From Lytechinus pictus (taxonomy: Eukaryota), in assembly GCF_037042905.1 (NCBI RefSeq), contig NC_087245.1, forward strand, positions 6,636,001 to 6,700,000: 64,000 nt of DNA, in the 5' to 3' direction. The position numbers were made by a program, and so were the translations under genes. Positions within the stretch are counted from its first letter, which is position 1, and the number at the start of each line of letters is the position of its first letter. Shown here piece after piece: positions 13,801 through 23,613 of this stretch. The notes under the pieces are model-generated. The model was not told the origin of the DNA and ran no database searches. It worked only from the letters and a program-made list of their open reading frames with translations.

Positions 13801-14005
13801 TTGAAACCTACTTTATCTGGTTTGTTTTCAGGGCGATAGTGGAGGTCCATTGATGTGTGAAGGTACTGATGGTAGATGGCATCTTGTTGGTATAACAAGT
13901 TTTGGTGATGGATGTGCACGTCCTGGCAGCCCTGGTGTATACACCAGAGTATCTCGCTACATTGATTTCATCAGTACAGTTATTGACAACGGAGATCTAA
14001 GATAG
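4713..14005 (+). CDS. Mosaic trypsin-like (S1A) serine protease, corin/TMPRSS-like: LDLa-LDLa-Frizzled CRD-trypsin; 5'-partial
   Basis: Exons 4713-4808, 5399-5506, 7702-8064, 10129-10309, 10925-11184, 12399-12538 and 13832-14005 are bounded by AG/GT with compatible phases (1,1,1,2,1,0). Activation site R|IVGG, catalytic TAAHC, DDIAVL and GDSGGP, S1 Asp in GVDTCQ, stop TAG at 14003-14005. Confidence 0.93.
5399..5506 (+). CDS. Protease exon: LDLa repeat (6 Cys)
   Basis: [35 protein letters not shown]; acag|..C|gtaagt; 108 nt. Confidence 0.92.
5752..7026. repeat. (ATT/ATG/ATC)n microsatellite interrupted by an element at 5921-6774
   Basis: Trinucleotide low-complexity sequence on both sides of the insertion. 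Confidence 0.85.
5921..6774 (+). mobile_element. Helentron-associated (HINE/DINE-1-like) element with an internal tandem array
   Basis: Subterminal IR GTCTCACCTGC (5922-5932) / GCAGGTGAGAC (6742-6752); CTTGT end; inserted in a T-rich site with no TSD; four about-170-bp units containing GTCACATGACCAAGGTCAAAGGTCA. Confidence 0.65.
7381..7537. mobile_element. MITE with 3-bp CWG TSD (Harbinger-like)
   Basis: CAG|GGGAGTGTTTCAT ... ATGAAACGCCCCC|CAG; a second, inverted copy lies at 16469-16625. Confidence 0.8.
7702..8064 (+). CDS. Protease exon: Frizzled-type cysteine-rich domain
   Basis: 10 Cys in FZ spacing ([41 protein letters not shown]); 363 nt, phase 1-1. Confidence 0.92.
10129..10309 (+). 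CDS. Protease exon: activation site and catalytic His
   Basis: [33 protein letters not shown]. Confidence 0.93.
10925..11184 (+). CDS. Protease exon: catalytic Asp
   Basis: [30 protein letters not shown]. Confidence 0.92.
11338..11803. mobile_element. Non-autonomous TIR element
   Basis: CAGAGCTGCCAACC / GGTTGGCAGGTCTG flanked by the direct repeat CAAGTG. Confidence 0.65.
12399..12538 (+). CDS. Protease exon: S1 pocket
   Basis: [24 protein letters not shown]; 140 nt. Confidence 0.92.
12944..13475 (-). mobile_element. TTAA-targeting MITE (Kolobok-like), diverged copy
   Basis: Ends GGATTCCCCT|TTAA; reverse-complement homologue of 45900-46494. Confidence 0.65.
13832..14005 (+). CDS. Protease last exon: catalytic Ser
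   Basis: [35 protein letters not shown]. Confidence 0.94.
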   Translation, partial: GDSGGPLMCEGTDGRWHLVGITSFGDGCARPGSPGVYTRVSRYIDFISTVIDNGDLR

Positions 14006-14506
14006 ACCTAATGTATGTTACCATCTCTAGCCTTCTCTTTGTCTCACTTGACAAAATAGCGTTGCATTGGAAAGCTGTTCAAAATTATATTGGACACACC
14101 TTTTGTCATGCTTCCTTTTGTTGGATAAATGGATTCTTTAAGAGGTTGATGATTCTTTAGTCTATGGCTTATGGATGTGATTAATATTTTGTACAGTCAG
14201 TCTTTTTAATTTTATACATGTACAGTATTGTATTCATTAAGTAATTGTGATGATGGGATTTTTAAACTAATCTAGTGTTGTTTTTTGTTCATATATAGTC
14301 ATATATTACATGAAAGTATCAACTTCAACTAATGAAAATGAACTTGACCTGAATAAGAATAATTTCAAAATTTGTTATACTATCATGCACAGAATGGAAA
14401 TGTATATTCATTTTTAGATGCTACTAGATGTATAAAGAGTTTACCAAGTTTTTTGTATTTATCGCTATTTTTTAAATTAAATTTTATCTATATTTAAGCA
14501 TGTATG

Positions 14507-14512
14507 AATAAA
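14507..14512 (+). terminator. Candidate polyadenylation signal of the protease gene
   Basis: AATAAA about 500 nt after the stop, followed by a T-rich tract; another AATAAA lies at 14664. Confidence 0.45.
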
Positions 14513-16249
14513 ATTGAATTGTAATTCATTTTTTTCTCTTGCACTTCTTTTTACTATGCATAAGTAGTAGCAATGAATTCATCATAATTTTGAAATTAAT
14601 CATTGTCATTATTGGGGATCTGCATTAGTATACTTAATGTACATAATTAATCAAGCACAAATGAATAAAGCAAGTTATTCCCAATTTACATAAACATATT
14701 GTAAGTGAAATATATTAAAGTTCTTGCCTACATCTGTAGTGTCATAAAATATCACTGAGATTATTGTTCTATTTTCAATTTGTCTTCAGACCCGTTTTAA
14801 AATGACAATCCTTGACATCCTCAGATTAACTTTTCCTTCCCTCTATTAGCAAGATGCATGATTTAACATACTAAATCCACAATTGCTCCTTTTTTAAATC
14901 TCCAATGCTGAATTATTTTGGAACTCTACTAAGTTTTGTTGCTTGATGCTTAAGGTTATGTTAAGTTAGATAACTAACACCCCCTACCCCTCTACACACA
15001 CTCATGGAGATCATAAATGAATGGAATAATTGTTAAGTCATGTATTATTGAATACAGCCATTTATGGATCTGTATTTAGGCATACTGCATTCTATGACAG
15101 AAAAAAATATCTATAATGAGATACTAGTCATATATTTCTAGATGTTTAATCATTAGGTGATAATCTTGAAGACAATTTTTTCATAAGGTCCTCACTATTA
15201 TAAATGGTCGAACAACAAACATCTTGCAAAGTAACTTACCAAACCAGTCTCTTTAATAACAGTTATTGATAATTATATCGCCTTACGTTTACCTCTTGAA
15301 ATTCATATTTTAGATGAGAGTATTGATCACTGTATTATTATTGTAGAATGTGAACATTTGTTTTTTTTCAAGCATTATCGACTCTGCTTGATTATGCGGT
15401 TGTTTTTAATTTTGCAAGTTTTACGCAGAACCCTTTTAAAATTACGTGAAAGCTATATTTTATTTTCAGTAAAAGTTTAGATCTATGAACATATGTTGAT
15501 TGTTTTAAAGTTTATCATTCATTCTTATGTTCAGTCTGTTCTGTATGCATGCATTTGGTGAGGGGGGGGGGGCAAATTGTATGAATGTGTGTGGTTGTGT
15601 GTATGAGTGGGTGTTTTTGTATTTGCTCATGTTGTAAATTAAATAAATCATTTAAATACGGTTGGGACTTGAGTGGAAATAACAAACAATTATCAATTAG
15701 ATATGATTATGATATTAGATATATTTCATGATAGCAAACTTAACCAAACTTTTGCTTCCATACTACTTTCTTGCGTAGGAATAATGATATTGTGTCAAAA
15801 TGACTGCCAGAATCTTTTGGCTTTGTAAGACTTCCAATGTGAATGGGTTGCATCATTTGATTTCCATTCCAATTTTCTGTTTTCCCATCAAATCATGCAT
15901 AATTTAGTAATACCAGGCATGTGGGGCAAATCAGGTCAAGGGGAATATTCTGATATAAGAAAATAGCAGGGACACAAAATACCTCAAATCAGAGATTTTA
16001 GACATAGAAATAAAGAGTGAAATGGATGTGTGTCACGGGCGGATCCAGCATTCGCCAATAAGGGGGAGGGGGCCGGATTTTTTTTCAGCCATATTTTCCT
16101 CGATCGGCCGCGCGAAGTTGATTTTTGTTTGTTTCTTTTAAGGATTAGTCCTAATAGTCACTTCTCACCTTTATTCTTACAAATTTCAACCTAGAAGATA
16201 TCCAGTGGGACTCTCAATCTGTTCGTCCTAACTCACAGTATACGAGAGT

Positions 16250-17662
16250 AAGCCACCAGTTGATTGACTATATGACTATAACTTAGAGCAAATGGTTAAG
16301 ACTCCTACAAGACAAGAAAATATACTTGACCTCTTTCTCACAAACAATCCCAATCTAACTGAAAGGTCAATACTCATACCTGGAATAAGCGATCATGATG
16401 GCATTCCCATGCTTATAATAAATACTTCACCCAAAATATCTAAATCCAAACCACGAAGTGTACATCTGGAGAGCGTTTCATGAAAGGACTTGTCAGACGT
16501 TTTATCCGACAAGTCCCATTTTATCCGACAGTTGCCATAGTAACAGTGCTTCTTAGCCAATCAACATCAAGGAAAGATGTCAGATCTGACAACTTGTCGG
16601 ACAAAAATGTTGATGAAACACTCCCCTGTATGCAAAAGCAGACTCAACTGGCATCAAAGCCGAACTGAATGAATTCAGTGAAGAGTTCTGTTCCCCTGGT
16701 CCTGATGACGAATCTGTGGAACAAATGACGAATGTTTTCAAAGCTCATCTTAAGAAAATAATAGATAAATTCATCCCTACCAAGGTTATTCGTAAACAGA
16801 ACAAAACTCCCTGGATAACCCAAGAGTTAAGAGAAGCCTTAGGCGCAATTAAACAGCGCACCTACAACAAAGCTAGGACTTCCGGTGATGATTTAGATTG
16901 GGAGAATTTTAGGAACATATTAAAGGAAAGATACACACAAAATGACAGTCTGCATATAGGAAACGCATAAGAGACTTGTTTAGAGTCAAAGAAACAATTT
17001 TGGTCCTTCGTAAAAAGTCTTAGGAAAGACTCTTCGGGTATTCTAGCACTAAAAGATAAGGAAAAGGGTATTTTCTATTCAGAGAACAGCCGGAAAGCTG
17101 AGATTCTTAATGATAAGTTTCGCTCAGTTTTCACGACAGAAAACTTGCAGACATTACCAAACTTCCCTCTATGTAATATTCCTGGTATAAGTAACATAAC
17201 CATTCACACCCCCGGCATTGAAAAACTTGAGGAATCTAGACCCTAAGAAAGCAACTGGGGTGGATGAAATACCCCCTCGTATTCTTAGGGAATTTTCCCA
17301 TGAAGTCGCGCCGATTCTTGCCAAAATATTTCAAGCTTCTGTTAACACAGGACTGTTACCTGAAGACTGGCGTAAAGCCAATGTCACTCCCATTCACAAA
17401 AAAGGTGATCGTTCAAAACCAGAAAACTATAGGCCTGTATCTCTCACTTCTGTTTGTTGTAATATATTAGAACATGTGGTACATACCCATGTAATGAATC
17501 ATCTTGAATCATACAATATTCTTAACAAATGTCAGCATGGTTTCAGAAAATCACATTCCTGCGAAACACAGCTTATACAAACCATGCATGACCTCTCTTT
17601 CTTTTGACAAACGGACTCAGACTGACATAATAATAACCGACTTTTCTAAGGCTTTCGACACT
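16250..17662 (+). mobile_element. Decayed LINE ORF2 (endonuclease C-terminus plus RT N-terminus), CR1/Jockey-group
   Basis: PTRQENILDLFLTN..ISDHD; KATGVDEIP..W..ANVTPIHKKG..NYRPVSLTS..QHGFR..SCETQL..DFSKAFD; frameshifted and broken off. Confidence 0.88.
16469..16625. mobile_element. MITE inserted in the LINE ORF2
   Basis: CTG TSD at 16466-16468 and 16626-16628; same family as 7381-7537. Confidence 0.85.
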
Positions 17663-17769
17663 ACCCCATCAACGACTTCTCCTCAAACTTCATGCTCATT
17701 GTTCTATCAAAGACTACACCAAGCTTCCTCACCTATTAAGGCTGGAATTGTAGTCATAATAATTACCCA

Positions 17770-18130
17770 TATAATGGAGATGACAGAACAAGATACTCCG
17801 GTTTTTTTTTTTTCGTTAAGCTTCAGGAAGTTAACTTTCATCCAACATCGAATCTCCTCAATGGCAACACCAACAACAGCAGATGCACAAACTTCTGCAT
17901 CTCCAACTTTTGGATCAAAAGTGAGGTATACAGCTGGGTGACATCAGCATAGAAGTGTATACCAAGACCATGTTGCCAAATCATAGAGCCAAGATGGGTG
18001 GTGTACAGTTTAAAGAACAAGGGACCAAGGACAGACTCCCGAGGAACTCCATAGCAAAGGGTAGTCGCAGGAGACTGCATGCCAGTGATGAATGCAGCTT
18101 GTCCTCTGTTGGTAAGGTGAGAGCAAAGCT
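17770..18130 (-). mobile_element. L2-like LINE RT fragment
   Basis: YGVPRESVLGPLFF.LY..LG..HFYADVTQLY, then IEEIRCWMKVNFLKLNE.KT after a frameshift. Confidence 0.8.
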
Positions 18131-18489
18131 ATTGGAGTGTAGAACCATCAATTCCAAAATAGACTCCCAGTCTCTCGAGAAAAATGACATGATAAATGGT
18201 ATCAAAACCTGCTGACAAGTCAAGAATAACTTAGAAAATTGCTTTCCTCTTTAGAAGAAAGAAATCTCCTGGCTCTGCAATCGAAGAAATTCCCGACCTA
18301 GACTTTGATGATATCTCAGACACGAATGCAGCACATCAGAGCTGAGGAAGCTATCGGATGCTGTTTGTTTGAATACCGGTCAAAAGAAGTGGATTGCTAA
18401 TCACCCACAGGAACACCAAACATGTTAGGAACCCACCATCCTCTGAAAGATATCTTCGTTATCAAAATAGAAAAAAACCTTATGAAGAG

Positions 18490-18910
18490 GTCAGCTACAT
18501 GAGTGAATATTAGAAGTTTGATAAATGGTTAAGGGGACATTACACATGAAATTCACTGCGGTACTGGAAAGGTGCACTCCGAGCATTTTGACACCTAAAA
18601 AAAGTCTGGTAAAAAAACAGATTCCCTTACAAGACTAAATCTTAGGTTTTCTCAATGGATCTGTGACATGAGAATCGGACATATCTCAAGAACACAAACA
18701 GGATGACTTCTATACGAACTGCCTCCGCAGAATATACTAAATTGATTTGATTAAAACAATTAGAAATGACTAGTATCTACCAGCGCAGCCCTACCGATCA
18801 AGCTATCTAGTGGAACGAACACCCAACCGAGGATAACTGACATTGATCATTCAAGACCCCAATGTTAAAGGTATATCAAGCTGGAGGAAGCTGGCTACCT
18901 CTAAGTTCGA
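18490..18910 (+). mobile_element. Highly decayed RTE-like LINE C-terminal fragment
   Basis: Frameshifted remnants GDITHEIH, LKKVW, FYTNCLRRI, SWRKLA. Confidence 0.4.
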
Positions 18911-19236
18911 TGAAGCTGCAGTCCTTGAGAGGACAGGAGCATTACTGCATTTGTAAATATACTATATAGAAATACACATGTAATCCGTTTATGAAGTCCA
19001 ATGGTCAAAATTTGTTCTTAGAAGTACATGAAGTAAATTGTTCTTTGTAGAACTTTAGAACATCGGTGTGGCTTTTAAAAGGTCTATTTATAGGCGAAAT
19101 GAGAAATTAGATGGTTTGTGTTTAGTTCTGAGAAGTTTTTCCAAATTGGGACAATATGTCCAGCATAATGGAAAAACGCACAAGACATTTTTCAGCAGAA
19201 TGCTTTCACTTCATTTTGCCAAAAAAACACACTATA

Positions 19237-19239
<3 letters not shown>

Positions 19240-19293
<54 letters not shown>
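19240..19293. repeat. (TA)n microsatellite
   Basis: Pure TA run; other runs at about 20305-20368, 33290-33310 and 47488-47506. Confidence 0.95.
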
Positions 19294-19299
<6 letters not shown>

Positions 19300-19478
19300 G
19301 TGTAAATTTTTATACATGTACAACAGCTTTGGCAACTCTTTTATTTAAATATTGTAAAGATAGCTCTGGGGAACCTTGATTTAAGCTACGCCTACCATTG
19401 CTCTCTTCATCCATTTCTTTACAATATATATATATACATATATATATATATACATGCATACATATATATATATATATA

Positions 19479-20254
19479 TATAGGCGTAAAATAATCCAGG
19501 CATTGACGACAGACGTAGCTTTCAAGGTATCTCATTTAATGCTAGCTTTCGGCCATTAGGGCCTTCATCAGGCCTATATGTATTGAAACAAACAAAACAA
19601 AATAGAACAAAACCATACAAATAAAATCGTAATAACAACAAACTAAATAAAGGGTAACAAAAGGTACAGAACAGAAGATAACCCCCCCCCAAAAAAAAAA
19701 AAAAAAAAAAGAGTAGGTAATGAATTAAATGAGATGGTTGGGTACAATAGAAAAGGATTTGGTAACTTAAACTGTGAAGAAAGACAAGGTATTTACCGGC
19801 AATGAGATTAACTTGGATTTCTGGGCATCTGGAGGGTGGTTAGTCTGTGTGGTATGTACTGTGAATAAAAAAAGGGGTAATGCTTCATGTAAAATGACAA
19901 ATCGTTTAAGTATTATATTATTCTATATTTCATATTTAAGTACATAACTATATTGATACGTTTACATAATATTCAGTAATGAAGGTATTGGTGGTACAAG
20001 TTATAGTTTGAGAGCTTGACATTAAATGTTCTATTATGTATAAATATATAAATATTAAAAACTATAAAGTACATTGTTATGCGCAGGGAATTATATAGTA
20101 TAATTAATAATGATATTTGAGCGGTAAGCAACATAACAAACATAATAAACATACAGTTATAAAGAGCAAGGAAATCACAAACAATCAATCAAATAATCAG
20201 GATACTAAAGCATACTAAATATATCGTCAATGCCTGGATTATTTTACGCCTATA
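19479..20254 (-). mobile_element. Penelope-like element remnant (pseudo-LTR with inverted terminal copy)
   Basis: Perfect 31-bp inverted repeat (19479-19509 / 20224-20254), hammerhead motif near one end, set among (TA)n arrays. Confidence 0.6.
19541..19573 (-). ncRNA. Minimal hammerhead ribozyme motif (Penelope-associated type)
   Basis: Minus strand GC CTGATGA A GGCC ctaat GGCC GAA AGCT A GC: conserved core, 4-bp stem II, palindromic AGCU stem III, 2-bp stem I. Confidence 0.65.
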
Positions 20255-20302
20255 CATAGAACATGACGCGCTGCATCACACGTTATGCAAAGGGCCGTCT
20301 TC

Positions 20303-20372
<70 letters not shown>

Positions 20373-23300
20373 TTATTAATTGCATTGATTGGCTAAACCT
20401 ATAAAGGAATGGAGAATTACACAGTATTATCATGATTTAAATTGAAGAATTCATCATCTAAACTTGTAAATATGAATTAATTAATTAATCTCATAATTCA
20501 AAAAATTATTTTATAATTGAAATTGAAGCAATCAATAAACACATTCGCTTTGAATACAGACAGGTTCAAGAAATTTGTTGGATCACCACCAGTGTGCTTT
20601 TAAATGGGAAAGCCCTCCTTGCAAGCATTTTCCTTTCTTTGCAGATGTGGGTGTGGGTGCATATGTGTATGCCCATGGATATATACGAATGAAAAATTTG
20701 TAAAAAAACAACAACAACAATGTGATTACATAATCCCATCATTGAACCTTATTATTTTCTGTCATTGATAATCAATACTTTGACAGATCCCATAACAAAA
20801 CATGTACAAAACAAATGATACCAAATACAAAGAAATACGTAAGAAATTAAAAAACAATAAAATATATTATTATTGACTATGGTATTATATTCTAAGGGCC
20901 AAACGATTATTCATAATGATGCAAATGTTATTTGTACCAAAAAATTATGAACATTTGAGCTGAAATTATCAAATTATGTCATAATTCCAAAATGTGCATA
21001 AATTTGCATAATTAATTAGCTGCAAACAGAAATAACAAATTTTCCCGAATGGTACATGTTATGTGTGCAAGATTTTACAGTATGATGTCTGTGAAAGCGA
21101 ATACAATTCAAGAACATTGTAGAAATAATATTCTGAATGGTCAGTTTGGCAGCCATTTTGTTTATGCAAATTAGGTGGTCAAAACATGAGAAATCAGCTT
21201 GGGGACCGGTCTAATCAGATTCAGCATATTTGAATTGTGTGAAATAGTCCGGTTTCCAGCTTCTACCCCAAAATGCTTCTAAAAGTTAATCTAGGCCTGT
21301 TTTTCCAGAATGGCTCTAGTCTTCTTTTTTTTTGCTCCGCCAATGGGGAGGGGGGCGGCCCCTCGGCCCCCTGCATCCGCCTATGCAACCCTGTACTAAT
21401 ATTGTCAAGAAATCTAGCATAATATCCCTTGTTAAAGTCATCCGAGCTTGACACCCTGCGAGTTTCTACCTCTAGTTTTGGGGGCGCATCTTCAGTTTTT
21501 GCCACAGATTCCCATCAACCGAGTAATGGCGACCGTGGCAAAGATCGCACTGATCAGTGGTAGATTTTCACGGTTGGTTGGTTTTTAAAGCTCTTTGGTG
21601 TTCTCCATTGAATAAGAACAATTGAGTTCTTTTTCACAATCACAATCATACGAATGGTTGTATGCCCAATCTTTTGCACCTATGTGCATGCAAGCACACG
21701 AATCGTAAATGCACAAACTCTACCGTGTCTATACATGTATACAGATATAGGAATGAATGAACTAGGTATATATTCGTTATTTGGTGTTTTACGTGTCATA
21801 TGTGACTATTCAGGAGAGGTAGATCTCTCCTAATGAAATTGATGTTACTTCACAGATCTGAAACACCTTCATGATTTTTATTAGGTTTGCTTCGAAGTGT
21901 GTAAAACCGGATTAAACTGCATCAGGTAAGCAATAGCAAATGAAACGCTATTTGGGAACCTTATTTGTGATTTTTGTATTCATCATAGCATGTGTCACGA
22001 GCCGAATAACAACAGGAAGGCCAAAAAAAAAGTTATTAATTTGACCTGACTCATTCCCAAGAAGTTCTTGATACAGCTGATTGACATAAGCTTAGTGTAT
22101 GAATATGATTGGCCATAACACTGATTCTCAGACGGGCAACTATACTGAACTTCATTTTCCAAAAAATGATGAAAAAATATCACTTGTCTTTCGTAACTTT
22201 ATAACTTGCAGAAGAATACCAGTTCTTCTGGGGCTATTTTACAGTTCCAGATGATGAATTTGGTCAGGTCATGAGCTGTCTTCATAAATGCCGATTTATG
22301 TTTAATATGAGATATCCTTTTCTGGTCAGATATGGAATGCCAGATATCCTATCCAATTACCCTCGAATTTCATCCTACTAATCTATGATTTTTTTAACAG
22401 TGCTATTTTAACACACGAGTCTATGGAAAATGTTTTACGGCGTGAAACCAGCATTGACCGAGAATATAGTTCAAAGTACATTCTCACTCCATCATATTTA
22501 TTCATATTCCGGGGGTATATTTGATTTTTTACTCGTGGCGGGTTGATTCATTCATTAGTTGACTCCGAGATGTCAGTCAAGTCTGTCAATGTATGCATTT
22601 TACGTTTAAGACAAACATTGCGTTATATAACATTTAGGGGCGTCGCACGGATGTTTTTATTTTATTATTATTATTTTTTAGGGTAGGGGGTTAAGACCTT
22701 GAATTTTGCCGACAAGCACACTATAGACCTTAAACTGGTTTTCGTTTCCTTTTCCCCTTTTATTTTCTTTCGTAATTATATTTTCTTAATATTTTATTAA
22801 AAGGGGAGTTGGAAAAGATCAGTTATATTCATTAAACTTTTGGTTTATACATGTTTATAAGATTCTTTGTTCTATGATTATACTCGTGCTTTGTTGCGTA
22901 TGAAGTTTATATTTGTCAGTATATAATTCTTAAGTAATTTGATTGCTATATTTGTAAATGTTGATGTCACTCGAAAATAGAAAAAAAAGAAGATCAAAGA
23001 AGATTTAAAAAGAAAGGCAACTGCATCTATGTTTTTTTTTACAGTGATAAACACAATAATGAATGAATGAAATAGGGAGAAAAGGACGATATATCAATGT
23101 GTTAGTTCAATAGTTTAATGTTGATGCTATACTGATGAGCATCATCTCACTTCCATTAGGGTTTTTAGGTTTCTATGTTGTCAGCTTTTATAGTCTATAG
23201 TTTCACTAACTACGGGCGTTTTTTCCTGCAGGGGCTCATATTGATATCATCAAAACATCTTTGAAAATATCCACTTGTAGATAAAAATTAGCTAAAAAGC

Positions 23301-23613
23301 TATAGACCCATTTCAAATTTATCCTTTGTTGGTGTAAGCTCATTGGAAAGGTTGTTTGTAATCAAGTAATCCAGCATGATAATTATTATGGAATCCAACA
23401 GCGTACTCGATCCATTCCAGTCATACAAGCCCAAACCATGTGTATAATTCCGCTCTTGTTAATGTTAAGAATGATATAGGCCCTAAATCACAAAGGTTGT
23501 TTTTAAAACCATCGGTTGAACTCGTGATTTATGCAGATTTCCTGTTATTCCAGGAAAAATAACTGATTTTGGGGGTCAACCGCAAACTAATTGCAATATA
23601 TATATATATATAT

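Noticed and set aside
17218..18130. One LINE with a twin-priming inversion (RT halves on opposite strands)
   Set aside because: The two halves carry motifs of different clades and are separated by unrelated sequence, so they are better explained as independent insertions.
21950..22400. Possible second Ingi/Vingi-like RT remnant on the minus strand
   Set aside because: Only scattered short similarities to 26560-26730; too decayed to support.
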